From a virus (lineage: Duplodnaviria; Caudoviricetes), in IMG/VR virus record IMGVR_UViG_3300028044_000972, positions 1 to 50,293 of that record: a stretch of 50,293 bases of DNA. One strand, 5' to 3'. The translations under genes and the position numbers were made by a program. Below the pieces are notes generated by a model. That model saw only the letters and a program-made list of their open reading frames with translations. It did no database searches and had not been told where the DNA came from. Below, piece by piece: positions 18,540 to 27,999 of the stretch (positions within the stretch are counted from its first letter, which is position 1; each line of letters opens with the position of its first letter).

Positions 18540-18989
18540 TCAGGTCAGCGTGTCGAGCTGGGCGACTTCGAGGAAGATGTGCACTTCCCCGGCGTCGAGC
18601 TCGGCCAGGTCATACGCCGCCATGGAGGCGAAGTTGGCGACGATGGCGGTGGCCGCAACGTAGGCAAACGGCGTGGTCGAGGCGTGAGCCTTTGCCAGCA
18701 CTTCGGTGCCGTTCACGTTGAGCTGTTGCGATGCGATGATACGGTTCGTAACGCCGGAATCTCCGACGATAAGGACGTTACTGTTGTAGGCCGCCGTGCC
18801 GGTGAGTTGGAACGGGGTCTTGAGGTAGGTCGCCGCGGACTTAACAACCGAGTTGGCCGGCAGGGTGATCAGGGTGATGTCCTGGGCGGTGTTGTCGGCC
18901 GATGTCGTCAAATCGGTATGATCGATGACGAAGCGGTAGTTGTAGCCACGAGGGGACTCGTGGAGTGAGCGGAATGCGTTAGTTGTCAT
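18540..18989 (-). CDS. Putative capsid decoration / minor capsid protein
   Basis: 149-aa beta-rich ORF directly after the major capsid gene. Confidence 0.55.
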   Translation of the reverse strand: MTTNAFRSLHESPRGYNYRFVIDHTDLTTSADNTAQDITLITLPANSVVKSAATYLKTPFQLTGTAAYNSNVLIVGDSGVTNRIIASQQLNVNGTEVLAKAHASTTPFAYVAATAIVANFASMAAYDLAELDAGEVHIFLEVAQLDTLT

Positions 18990-19014
18990 AAGGCTGATTT
19001 CCTTGGGTTAGGTG

Positions 19015-20028
19015 TTAATCCGCGGTGCTGGCGATTTTGCCGAACATCAGGGGGTTATCGACCTGGAGGCCGGCGATGGTGTCGACGATGCCGCGGGGAC
19101 CGCCACCTTCGTCGTCGAGGGGCATGTAGCGCGGGCGCCGGTTGTAGCGGATGTGCACCGCATCCATGTCCAGGATGTAACCACGGCGCAGCTGCGAAGC
19201 GGCGACCTGGTCCTTGGCCAGAAATAGGGATGGGGTGAGCACAAGCTCGCCGAAGTCACCGACAAACAGATCGACCTTGGCGTAGTAAGACGCGTCGGCG
19301 GAGTCCTGGTTGAAGAGACGGACGGAGCTGCCGGTGTCGTCGGTGCCAAACTGGGTCTGTTGGAACCCGGTGAAGCGGCGTTTGAGGTTCGGTCCGCAGA
19401 GCAACGTGTAGCTCTTCACCTTGCCGGTCTGCTCGTAGAGCGACTGGAGCAGCGCCTGGATGGTGCTGTCGGTGATGCTGCTCGTGCCGGTCGTGCTGAT
19501 CGAGGCGGCCGGGGTGCGATACGCGGCGGGGACGGCTGTGGCCGTATCCGATTGCGCACTGGAAGAAATCCAGCTCCCCAATCCACGCGTGGTGAAGGGG
19601 GTGGCGCCGGACTGTTCCGTGCTGTCGCGGTCGGAGCAGAACACACTCTCCAAATCCCGGGCGATTTCCTGAAGGCTTTTCGTGACGGCTCTCGCCATCT
19701 CGCGTTTGCGGCCGATGCCGGCGACGTCAGAAACTGACTCGGCCAGATCGTCGATTTTGGGCAGACGGCGCAGCTTTTGAATCCGGCCGTAGAGACGCTG
19801 GCGTCCGGCGGCGGGATTGCTGAAGGTTGTCGCGTCAGCGTTGGAGAGAACGCCGGTGAGGACGGGCTCTTCGAGGTTGTCGACCAGCCAGCTGAAGAGC
19901 GGGTTGGTCGGGTCTTTGGATTTGCGGGCCATCGAGAGCAACGGGGTGCTCTTTTGGTCTGCAACTGCGATTAAATCGGCCAGGTCCTCCCTGGCGCCGA
20001 TTTGATTTTGAATTAAAAGCTCAGCCAC
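19015..20028 (-). CDS. Major capsid protein (DUF5309/SU10-like); GTG start at 20028
   Basis: GAREDLADLI...TPLLSM...FSWLVD...EIARDLE...TRGLGSWI; follows the scaffold gene. Confidence 0.85.
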   Translation of the reverse strand: MAELLIQNQIGAREDLADLIAVADQKSTPLLSMARKSKDPTNPLFSWLVDNLEEPVLTGVLSNADATTFSNPAAGRQRLYGRIQKLRRLPKIDDLAESVSDVAGIGRKREMARAVTKSLQEIARDLESVFCSDRDSTEQSGATPFTTRGLGSWISSSAQSDTATAVPAAYRTPAASISTTGTSSITDSTIQALLQSLYEQTGKVKSYTLLCGPNLKRRFTGFQQTQFGTDDTGSSVRLFNQDSADASYYAKVDLFVGDFGELVLTPSLFLAKDQVAASQLRRGYILDMDAVHIRYNRRPRYMPLDDEGGGPRGIVDTIAGLQVDNPLMFGKIASTAD

Positions 20029-20077
20029 TGTATTTGGTTTTTCTAAATATTGGTTTCGAAGTTTGGTCGGAAGGTCA

Positions 20078-21133
20078 TCACACGATGGCTTCCATGAATG
20101 CTTCGAGGGCGCCGCGATCGCCTCGACCCTTGAGCGCCGCCTCGGCCTTCTGCCGCAGGGATGCGCCCGGTGAAGATACCTTCGGGCTGGCCGACGGGTT
20201 CGGGGTGTTCGGAATTCGATCCGTGCCCGCCGTCTTGGCCGGTGCTGGCTTACTGGACTTGCCGACCGATGCTCGCTTTTGCATCTGCTCGACTCTGGCC
20301 ATACGAAGTCGCTGCCCTTCAAACGCGTCGCCTACCACCAACTCCCAGCCGGGAATCTTGGTGATGAACGGATACTGCTTCAGCGTGGCGGCAAGGAAGT
20401 TGTGGGCGCTCGTGCCGGATTTGAAGAAATCGGGATAGAACGCTTGGGCTTCCGGCAAGGTTTGGGCTCGAACCGACAGGTATTCCTGCTGCTTCGGGCC
20501 GGCCTTGACCAGCGACTTGGCGTTTTGGCGGATCTGCTTGACTGCGTCGGCGTCGTAGAATTTCTCCTCGCCGTTCACCGTCACCGTTCCGCCATCGCGG
20601 TTGTCGTCGGTCCAATCAAGGACCGCCTGCGCTTTGGCAATCTCCGCCTCGAGGGCGTAGACGTCTGAGAAGGCACTGAGCGGATTCTCCGGGTCCATGG
20701 TGACGATGGGAGGCTTGGCTGCGGCGGTGGCCGCGGTGGCCTCGAGCTCGGCTTTGATCGCGTCGAGCTGCTCGCGCAACTCGTGCTTCTCGGCCGTGAG
20801 CCGGTCGATGCGCCGTTGGACTTTGTCCGGGGCGACCTTTTCGGTCGCCGCGGCTTCATCCGCGGGCTCGGGTTCCTCGCCGGCTGTTTCCTCCGGGTCG
20901 TCCTCCGTCGTGGGCTCTTCGTCGTTCTGGTCCTGCGCCTCGTCCGTTTCCGGATCTGGCTCGGTGGATTCGTCAGTTGCTGCTTCGTTTGGCTCGGGCG
21001 TCTCTTCGTCGGGTTTGGCTTCGGGCGCTGGCTGCTTAAGTTGAATCCCAAGGTTGGCTGCGACTTCGGCAAAATCGACGTCACTGACGTCCGCTCCGGT
21101 AGGTAGCACCTGCTGTGGTGTATCCGTTGACAT
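20078..21133 (-). CDS. Capsid scaffolding protein
   Basis: Acidic N-terminus, KVQRRIDRLTAEK coiled coil, upstream of the capsid gene. Confidence 0.8.
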   Translation of the reverse strand: MSTDTPQQVLPTGADVSDVDFAEVAANLGIQLKQPAPEAKPDEETPEPNEAATDESTEPDPETDEAQDQNDEEPTTEDDPEETAGEEPEPADEAAATEKVAPDKVQRRIDRLTAEKHELREQLDAIKAELEATAATAAAKPPIVTMDPENPLSAFSDVYALEAEIAKAQAVLDWTDDNRDGGTVTVNGEEKFYDADAVKQIRQNAKSLVKAGPKQQEYLSVRAQTLPEAQAFYPDFFKSGTSAHNFLAATLKQYPFITKIPGWELVVGDAFEGQRLRMARVEQMQKRASVGKSSKPAPAKTAGTDRIPNTPNPSASPKVSSPGASLRQKAEAALKGRGDRGALEAFMEAIV

Positions 21134-21315
21134 GGTTTTTATGCGTCCAAGAACGCGACAGCATTGGGGTGGCCGGCGCCGTAGTTGGTGCCGTGCGTGC
21201 GTCGCTCAATGCAGAATGCGGGTCGCATGCCTGGGGAATTACGGGGACGCGGCGCGGAATGATAGGGCGCGGCGGAGGAACGAGCGCGGACGCGCACCAA
21301 GTGGCGCGAATTAGC

Positions 21316-21333
21316 CGCTATTCACGAATAGCG
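21316..21333. promoter_or_regulatory. Operator-like palindrome upstream of the head operon
   Basis: CGCTATTC-AC-GAATAGCG in the 21134-21352 intergenic gap. Confidence 0.35.
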
Positions 21334-21352
21334 AACACGAAGATTTGAGATT

Positions 21353-21778
21353 TTAGAGGGCATTGCAGAGGTAGACGGCGGTGGTGCCGCCCCACTTGGT
21401 GGCGGGGACGTAGAAACGGAAACCGCAATTCACCAGGCTGTTAATCGAGGCGACATTGTAGATCATGACGTAGGTGACGAGCTCGTTGACGGCGAGGCGC
21501 CGGGCGGCGGCGACGCGGGCGCGGATGAGACGCTGCTGCAATCCCCTGCCCCGGTGCCCGGGGACGACGCCGGCGCGATTGAGGAAGGCGAGACCGAGGT
21601 TGCGCGGATCTTTGCACAGGCGCATCCCGGCGTAGGCGACGGGAGTCTTATCTTGCCAGACGATCCACCAAAGGCTGTCGGCCGTGGTGATGCGGTCGTC
21701 GTGGGGGAAACAAATCTCGTCGAGGGCCAGCACGGCCACCGGCAGATCAGCCAGGGCGATGCGGTAGGGCGGCTTCAC
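21353..21778 (-). CDS. GNAT acetyltransferase (GTG start)
   Basis: RAGVVPGHRGRGLQQRL motif A; NVASINSLVNCGF motif B. Confidence 0.85.
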   Translation of the reverse strand: MKPPYRIALADLPVAVLALDEICFPHDDRITTADSLWWIVWQDKTPVAYAGMRLCKDPRNLGLAFLNRAGVVPGHRGRGLQQRLIRARVAAARRLAVNELVTYVMIYNVASINSLVNCGFRFYVPATKWGGTTAVYLCNAL

Positions 21779-22050
21779 TTCTTGAGCAGGCGGTAGTGCG
21801 GGACGGGGCGGGTGCGTTGCTCGAGCTGGATGACGAAGTCTTTGCGTTCGACCTCGCCGTCTTTGACCATCCTGCGCATGCGCTCGCTGATAGTGATCCC
21901 TGCCTTGCCCAATTCCACCGCGAGGGCGGCAACGGTGAACCACCCGGGAGGAACGGTGTCCAGCTTGACCGGCGATTGAGACAACTTCTGACAAAACTCG
22001 GAGAGCGATGTCTCGATCTGCTCGGCCGTGATCTTGGATTTCTTGGTCAT
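21775..22050 (-). CDS. Small winged-HTH-like protein
   Basis: GWFTVAALAVELGK...ISERMRRMVKDGEVE. Confidence 0.6.
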   Translation of the reverse strand: MTKKSKITAEQIETSLSEFCQKLSQSPVKLDTVPPGWFTVAALAVELGKAGITISERMRRMVKDGEVERKDFVIQLEQRTRPVPHYRLLKK

Positions 22051-22874
22051 ATCCGCGTCACTTTAGGCGCCGGCGGGTTGTAGAAGATGTGGGTGGGCGT
22101 GGGCAGTGCGCCTTGCGGCTTCCCTCGCCAATCGAGGATGAGGATGCTCGGCCGCGGGATGCTGTCGGGGACGACTTTGTGACCGTGCCTGGTCAAGAAT
22201 TGCCAGCCGCCGGTCACGCCGATCAGGCCGGAGCCGTCGCTGAAGACGCCGCCGCAGTGCCGGTGGCCGCGGAGATAGACCTGGGCGACGGGATGACCGG
22301 CGCGGACGCTGTTGAGCCGGGTGTTGCCCAAGGTGATCGAGAGGGCGCTGGCCTCGAGGTAGGCGCGGCTGGTCACGCCAATGTGGTGCGTCGCGTCGAT
22401 CGCGCACCCGTGAATGTTGATCAGCCACTTCTCGCGGGCCACATCGTCTTGGGCGCCGATCAGCCGGGCCAAGTAGGTCTCGACGTCATGGGTATGGCAC
22501 TCGGTCCCTTTGGTGACGAAGGTGGCGGCGGCTTTCGCGGTGAGCGGCTTGAGGGCTTCGGCGGCCATGGCGCAGTGGTTCTCGATGAGCGAGGCCACGA
22601 CTTCCGGCGACCGGTGGTGAATGCCTTCGGTCGCGTCGCCATTGACCAGGACGGCGTAGGGATCGCGGCCGGCGATCTTGGCAACTTGGGCCAGGGCATC
22701 TTGCCAGCATTCCCAGAGCCAGGCTTGGTGATGGTTCTTGCCGAAATTGATCGTGTTGCCGGCCAGATTTTCGGAATCCGGCGGCATGAGGCCGACGGAC
22801 GATCCGCAGTGAAGGTCGGAGCAAACGACCAGGATGGACGTTTTGGCCGCGGCCTTCTTTATCCGGCGTGGCAT
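22047..22874 (-). CDS. Calcineurin-like metallophosphoesterase
   Basis: SDLHCG, NGDATEG, THH and GHRH motifs. Confidence 0.85.
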   Translation of the reverse strand: MPRRIKKAAAKTSILVVCSDLHCGSSVGLMPPDSENLAGNTINFGKNHHQAWLWECWQDALAQVAKIAGRDPYAVLVNGDATEGIHHRSPEVVASLIENHCAMAAEALKPLTAKAAATFVTKGTECHTHDVETYLARLIGAQDDVAREKWLINIHGCAIDATHHIGVTSRAYLEASALSITLGNTRLNSVRAGHPVAQVYLRGHRHCGGVFSDGSGLIGVTGGWQFLTRHGHKVVPDSIPRPSILILDWRGKPQGALPTPTHIFYNPPAPKVTRI

Positions 22875-23128
22875 GGGATTGGGGAAGGCGCAGAGGGTTG
22901 ATGAGGACCGCTTACCTGCGCGAAACCTTCCCGTAGCATGGACCAAGGAACATGACCGTCTGGGGAATAAATGCAGTCCGCATTGCTTACGCCCTGCCTT
23001 GCCATATTTTTGACGCGTTGCCGTTGATCCATGCGGGGCGAGAGATGCGGGGGGAGACGCGCAATTGCGAGGCGGCCGCGGCGCAACGGGCGCGGGCTGA
23101 CATAAAGAAGCGCGAAGAAGCGCTTCTT

Positions 23129-23234
23129 TGCAGTGTTCAGTGGTTCAGTGATTGCTCAGACGCCGTCTCGCCGAGCCTCGGCTCAGTGGTTCAGTGGGAT
23201 CGGCTGAACACTGAAAACTAAAAACTGCCAACTG
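23129..23234. repeat. Second palindromic heptamer array (TTCAGTG ... CTGAAAA)
   Basis: cagtgttcagtggttcagtg...ctgaacactgaaaactaaaaactgccaactg. Confidence 0.8.
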
Positions 23235-23241
23235 CCCTTGG

Positions 23242-23547
23242 CTACAAGTGCTCTGCCATCGCTTCGACTCGCTTGGCTTCAAGGTCGTCGTAGAGTTCAA
23301 CCAGGGCGCAGAGTTGGCCGGCGGCGTGGGCTTGGTAGCCGGGCTCCTTGGCCGTGGCCATGGCGCTGGCCAGGTTGGTCGCGTCGGCCAGGCGATCTTG
23401 AATGGCGGACATCACGGCGAGCCAGACCGGCGGCGCACTCTCGCGGGTGAAGGCGAGCGCCTGGCTGGGATCGAAGTCGTCCGGCAGCGGGTAGAGGTCG
23501 AGCGGCGGCCGGCGCCAGCGACGAAAGAGGCGGCGGAGGAAGATCAT
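23242..23547 (-). CDS. Hypothetical protein (small helical, head-assembly-associated type)
   Basis: AHAAGQLCALVEL motif; 101 aa. Confidence 0.55.
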   Translation of the reverse strand: MIFLRRLFRRWRRPPLDLYPLPDDFDPSQALAFTRESAPPVWLAVMSAIQDRLADATNLASAMATAKEPGYQAHAAGQLCALVELYDDLEAKRVEAMAEHL

Positions 23548-23687
23548 TTCGGGCTGAAGGCGCCGATGCCTTTCTTCATCTGGTTGTAGATTTTGGGGCT
23601 GACGGTGCTTTTGCTCTTCGGACGGCTGGTGCCGGCTTTCTTGCGAGCGTTGATATTGGCGTAGAGGCCGGGGTTTTTCTTGTTCAT
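23544..23687 (-). CDS. 47-aa basic protein
   Basis: Hand-translated MNKKNPGLYANINARKKAGTSRPKSKSTVSPKIYNQMKKGIGAFSPK. Confidence 0.7.
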   Translation of the reverse strand: MNKKNPGLYANINARKKAGTSRPKSKSTVSPKIYNQMKKGIGAFSPK

Positions 23688-23691
23688 AGGT

Positions 23692-23853
23692 TTACCATTT
23701 CACTTTGTTGGATTTTCTCTTCGCCGCCGGCGCAGGCCTTGACCACTTTTCGTTCGGCGCAGCGCCGTAATCACTGGCGGCGGCGTGCGACTTGGTCGCG
23801 TGGCCGGGCGTGCGCTTGGTCGCGTTGCACTTCATCTGAGATTTTTTGATCAT
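23692..23853 (-). pseudogene. Scrambled small basic protein gene (38-nt insertion plus a probable deletion)
   Basis: MKCNATKRTPGHATKSH is followed, after 38 nt, by VVKACAGGEEKI in another frame, then NKVKW back in the first frame. Confidence 0.5.
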
Positions 23854-24029
23854 AGCGTTCCCTCCAACTGCAGGGCTTTGATCACGTCGGAGCGGCGAAA
23901 CCATTTCTTTTTAATGCCTTTGAGTTTCACCGGGCGGAGCAACTTGGCTTCGATCCATTTGCGGTAGGTCGCCGGACTGATCTCGAGCCACTCGAGGAGG
24001 TCGGCGCGTTTGAGGAGTTGTTTGGTCAT
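23850..24029 (-). CDS. 59-aa excisionase-like HTH DNA-binding protein
   Basis: Hand-translated MTKQLLKRADLLEWLEISPATYRKWIEAKLL...WFRRSDV. Confidence 0.7.
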   Translation of the reverse strand: MTKQLLKRADLLEWLEISPATYRKWIEAKLLRPVKLKGIKKKWFRRSDVIKALQLEGTL

Positions 24030-24069
24030 TTGTTTAGAAGTTTTCAGTGTTCGGTTTTCAGTTGGGGAG

Positions 24070-25779
24070 TCAGTAAGAGCCTGCCGGTTTTACCTCGAGG
24101 TCTTTGGCGTCGACGTAGCTGGCGCCGCTCAGAACGAGATAGCGGAGGACGTCGATCGCGTCCTTGGTGCCGGCGGACTTGGTGTTGCCGTCGCCGGTGT
24201 ATTGGCTCAAGGCGAAGATCATGTTTTTGCAGTTGCTCGAGATGTAAAGATTCGGCTGGTTGAGGGCGCTGATCTCTTGGTTGTCGTCGTAGCTCAGCCA
24301 GTTGATGATCATGGTGACGCCTTCCTTGATCGAATCGCCGGGCGCCGCGGTGAAATCGAGGCCGATGTCGGCGCATTCTTCGATCAGGGTCGTGGGGGAT
24401 TCGCGGGCCACGGTGGCGCTGTTGCCGTAGCGACTGTCCATGAGCCGCTCGAAGATGGTGACGGGCTCATGGAGGCCGAGGTCGCGGCCGTGCTTGAGCT
24501 CGAGGTGCTCGATCTCGAGCTTGTAATGACTGAGGCCGAAGCCAAAGGAGCGTTGCGCTTCGCCCGGGGCGCCGTCCGGATTGTTCCCGCCGGGCACGGC
24601 CCAGGGCCCGGGGAGGCCGACGCCGGGGACTTCGCGGACCTGGCTCGGCCACTCGTCATAGACGAAGCAGCGGCCGGCGTGGTCGAAGCGGGCCCAGATC
24701 ATAAACCAATTCCTGCCGCTGCACGGGTCGACGACGTGATAATTCACCCCGGCCTTGGGCACGCGGTCGGGGGGGATGACGTGGACGCTGGTGTTGAATT
24801 TGGCAAACATATTGGCGGCCTTCTTGGTCGGCACGCCGTAGGCCCGCATGAGGACGCGGTCTTTGGACGACTTGAGCAGCTCGGTCTTCATCGCTTCGTA
24901 GTTGCCGAAGGGGTTGTCCGCCGTGTGGAAATAGACAACGCGGGCCGTGGGCTTGCTGCATTGCTGGACGCGGGGGACGCGGAGCGGGTTGCCCTTGAGG
25001 TCGGTGAGCAGCTCGGCGGGCGCGTCCTCGAGGGTGATGGCGCCGGCCAGGTATTCGGCCACGGTGTCGGTGTAGCCGAGGATCGGGGTGAAGCCGACGG
25101 CGAGCTGGCCGTTGCGGGTGATGAGACGAAAACGCAGGGCCTCGATCCAGGCTGGCTCGACCAATTCGTCCGCCCAGCAGTAGTTCAGCTCGGCACCTTC
25201 TATGGCTTTCACGTCCATGCTGTAAAATTTGAACCAGCACTGGGAGCCATTGGGTAGGACGAACGAGTTTTCCGTGAATCCGCCTTTTTGTGAGTAGGTA
25301 ATATTGGTCACGACCCCTTTGCGCATTTTGCCAGACGCGGCGGGCTTCCATTCCGCGGGGAGATATTCCCAGATGTAGGGTTGCTGGTTCTGGATGCTCG
25401 AGGCTTCGGTCGATTGCAGGCACCAGACGCGGGCGCCGGGGTTTTCGACCATGATTTGCACGGCCCGGCGGGCGAGGTAACGGGACTTCGAGGCACGATT
25501 GCCGCCGAGGATGAGCAACTCGGTGACGCCTTCGGGAAATTCTTCGCGCAGGGCGGCGAATTGTTGGTCCGCGGTGGACCAGATGGGTATGACATACCCG
25601 TAGCGGTAAGGATCTTGCTCCTCGAGGGCGATGCGCTCTTCGAAGCGGCGGTGGAATTCGGTGAGCTGGTCGGCGGTGAGCCGGCGCACGCCGTCCGGAA
25701 ACCGGGCGAGGACATTTCCCGCGGCGTCTTTGCCGAGGATCTCGGGGGGTTTGTGGACTTTGTGGTCGGTGAAAATCAC
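24070..25779 (-). CDS. terL: Terminase large subunit (probable GTG start at 25779)
   Basis: Walker A GGNRASKS, Walker B CWADE, FTP motif III, RuvC-like VVDP...KDAIDVLRY. Confidence 0.9.
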   Translation of the reverse strand: MIFTDHKVHKPPEILGKDAAGNVLARFPDGVRRLTADQLTEFHRRFEERIALEEQDPYRYGYVIPIWSTADQQFAALREEFPEGVTELLILGGNRASKSRYLARRAVQIMVENPGARVWCLQSTEASSIQNQQPYIWEYLPAEWKPAASGKMRKGVVTNITYSQKGGFTENSFVLPNGSQCWFKFYSMDVKAIEGAELNYCWADELVEPAWIEALRFRLITRNGQLAVGFTPILGYTDTVAEYLAGAITLEDAPAELLTDLKGNPLRVPRVQQCSKPTARVVYFHTADNPFGNYEAMKTELLKSSKDRVLMRAYGVPTKKAANMFAKFNTSVHVIPPDRVPKAGVNYHVVDPCSGRNWFMIWARFDHAGRCFVYDEWPSQVREVPGVGLPGPWAVPGGNNPDGAPGEAQRSFGFGLSHYKLEIEHLELKHGRDLGLHEPVTIFERLMDSRYGNSATVARESPTTLIEECADIGLDFTAAPGDSIKEGVTMIINWLSYDDNQEISALNQPNLYISSNCKNMIFALSQYTGDGNTKSAGTKDAIDVLRYLVLSGASYVDAKDLEVKPAGSY

Positions 25780-26321
25780 TCGCAGCTGTGGATGTCGCGT
25801 TGGCGGCGGATGCCGGTGGGCCATTCGGGGGTGGTGAAGCTGGTGTCGGCGAAGAGGACGTAGTCGGTGGGCTGGATCGTGAGGCGGCCGTTGTCCAGGG
25901 CGATGAAGGTGAATTCTTTGTTCTGACTCGGCTCGGCGCTGAAGCCGTCGTCGGCCGGGGCGACGCTGAAGAGGTAGTCGCCGTTGCATTCCTTAAGGTC
26001 GCTCAGGCGGGCGATGACCCGTTGGCTGTCGAGATACGGGTAGGCGTTGGCGCTCCATTTCCAGCCGTAGCAGTCCCAGCGTTGGGCGTCGTAGATGGTC
26101 CAGAATTCGGCGGGCTCGGGGTCGAAGGCCAGGGCGTGCGGCGGGAGATTGCGGTAGCAGGCGCCGCACTCGAGGACGACGGTGCAGCCCCAGGCGCGGC
26201 CGGGCCAGCTGGCCAGTGCAAACCAGACGGCGGGGATGAAACCGCGGGGTTCTTTGTAAATGAAGGCGCTGTCGACCCAAAGGTAGCGATGGCGCGGGAG
26301 GGGTCCGGTGAAGGAGTTCAT
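25776..26321 (-). CDS. Hypothetical protein (181 aa)
   Basis: MNSFTGPLPRHRYLWVD...; aromatic-rich; overlaps the terL start. Confidence 0.65.
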   Translation of the reverse strand: MNSFTGPLPRHRYLWVDSAFIYKEPRGFIPAVWFALASWPGRAWGCTVVLECGACYRNLPPHALAFDPEPAEFWTIYDAQRWDCYGWKWSANAYPYLDSQRVIARLSDLKECNGDYLFSVAPADDGFSAEPSQNKEFTFIALDNGRLTIQPTDYVLFADTSFTTPEWPTGIRRQRDIHSCE

Positions 26322-26328
26322 AAAGTTC

Positions 26329-27090
26329 TCAGCCGGGCCATTTGATGCCTTGGGCGTAAGGGGCGATGGCGGGGCGGTTGAGGAAGGCGGTGCCTTCGCG
26401 GGCGATGCGCTCGCGCTCGGCGGGGCTGGCCGTGCCGCGGGCGCTGAAGCTGGGCTCGGCGGCGCGGGTGGTGAAGGCGGCGTAGGGCCCGGGGACGTAG
26501 ACGGCGCCGGCGCGGAGGGCGGCGAGCATGAAGCCCCAGACGTCGGACAAATAGCCGGACGCGGCGTAGCCTTCGCGTTGCAGCCAGACCAACAAGTCAT
26601 GGCGGATCAGGCTGGCGACGCCGCATTCGGGCCGGACGCTTTTGTGGGCGATGTAGGCGCGATAATTCTCGGGCGGCAGGTGGACCATGACGGGGCTGTA
26701 GCGGACGGTGCGCAGGAGCTGCGCCTGGCTGTCGACGTGGTCGAAATCGGCGAAGATGGCGCCGGGATTCTCGCCTTGGGCGTGGAGGTAGCCGCGGCGT
26801 AGGGCGGCGATGCAGCCGGGATAAAGGTAGTCGTCCGCCCCGATGCCGAGGACATAGTCGGTCTGCAGGCTTTCCACGATGGGCTCGAGGGCGCGGAGGT
26901 GGTCGGTGCTTTTTTCGGGATGGCGGTGGACGGTGATGCCAGGATATTCGCAGGCGACTTCGTAGCTGCCGTCGGTGCTGTGGTCGTCGATGATAACGAA
27001 TTGGTCGGCGCCTTGGCCGGTGGTGGATTCGATGGCGCGGCGGAGCGTGGCGGCGCGGTTCCAGACGGGCATGAGGATGGTGATGTTCAT
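26329..27090 (-). CDS. Glycosyltransferase family 2
   Basis: ITILMPVWNR, IIDDHSTDGS and ADD motifs. Confidence 0.9.
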   Translation of the reverse strand: MNITILMPVWNRAATLRRAIESTTGQGADQFVIIDDHSTDGSYEVACEYPGITVHRHPEKSTDHLRALEPIVESLQTDYVLGIGADDYLYPGCIAALRRGYLHAQGENPGAIFADFDHVDSQAQLLRTVRYSPVMVHLPPENYRAYIAHKSVRPECGVASLIRHDLLVWLQREGYAASGYLSDVWGFMLAALRAGAVYVPGPYAAFTTRAAEPSFSARGTASPAERERIAREGTAFLNRPAIAPYAQGIKWPG

Positions 27091-27680
27091 TGCGGACGGA
27101 AGGTGTGGCTGCCGACGTGGCCGAGGCGGACGCCGTGGTGGACGTAGACGGGAATGCCGGCTGCCCAGGCGTGGTGACAGAAGGCGTAGTCTTCGGTTTC
27201 GTATTTGCCGTCGTAAATGCCGGCGGGGAACCAGTGGGTGAAGCTGTCGCAGACGGGCATGCGGGGCCGCATGTCTTCAAGGGCGCGGCGGGTCATGCGC
27301 AGGAAGCCGGTGCCGATGACGTCGACCGCGACGATCCGGGGATCGGTGGCGAGCTCGATGTCGAGCTTGCCGTAGCAGGGCGTGTTGCTGTCGTGGCGCA
27401 GGACGTAGTGGCCGCCGACGATGTCAACGGGGGCGCGGACGATGGCTTCAAAGTCGTCGCGGGTGAAGACGATGTCGTCGTCGATCCAGAGGAAGGCGTC
27501 GGCCGTGGAGTCGGCCAGGACTTTGGTGAGGAGCTTGCCGCGGCCGCGGGCGATGTCGCTCTCGTGGTCGAGGTGGGCCCAGCCGGCAAAATACTCGGAG
27601 GGCATGCAGGCGAGGAGGCCGTCGACGTAGCCGCTGACGAAGGCGCTGCGTCGGGTGCAGGTGAGGATGAGGGTCTTCAT
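27087..27680 (-). CDS. GT-A-fold glycosyltransferase-like protein
   Basis: FLWIDDDI, IGTGFLR, EDYAFC and LGHVG motifs. Confidence 0.8.
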   Translation of the reverse strand: MKTLILTCTRRSAFVSGYVDGLLACMPSEYFAGWAHLDHESDIARGRGKLLTKVLADSTADAFLWIDDDIVFTRDDFEAIVRAPVDIVGGHYVLRHDSNTPCYGKLDIELATDPRIVAVDVIGTGFLRMTRRALEDMRPRMPVCDSFTHWFPAGIYDGKYETEDYAFCHHAWAAGIPVYVHHGVRLGHVGSHTFRPQ

Positions 27681-27997
27681 GGCTCGGTGCTGACTTGGTC
27701 GAGGAGTTGGAGGACGTCGTCGAGGGCTCGAATCATGCCGCTCTGCACGCTGCACATTCTTTCGCCGAGGTCGGCCCGGCGGGCGTCATTCGCGGTGCGG
27801 GCCTGGCCGGCGGCCTGCTGGTGCGTGGCGTAGCGTTCGACGGCGCGGCGGTGCAAGTCGTGGACTCCGGTGCGGATGATGGTGGCTTGGGCGCTGAGGC
27901 GCTCGTTGTGATCGCGCTCGATCTGCCAGCGGCGGGACCAGGCTTCGGTGGTGTTTAGTTCGGCGTTCATGCGGGCGATGGTTTCTTGGTGGCTCAT
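27677..27997 (-). CDS. Hypothetical coiled-coil protein (106 aa)
   Basis: MSHQETIARMNAEL...; fits between dnaB and the GT gene. Confidence 0.55.
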   Translation of the reverse strand: MSHQETIARMNAELNTTEAWSRRWQIERDHNERLSAQATIIRTGVHDLHRRAVERYATHQQAAGQARTANDARRADLGERMCSVQSGMIRALDDVLQLLDQVSTEP

Positions 27998-27999
27998 GG

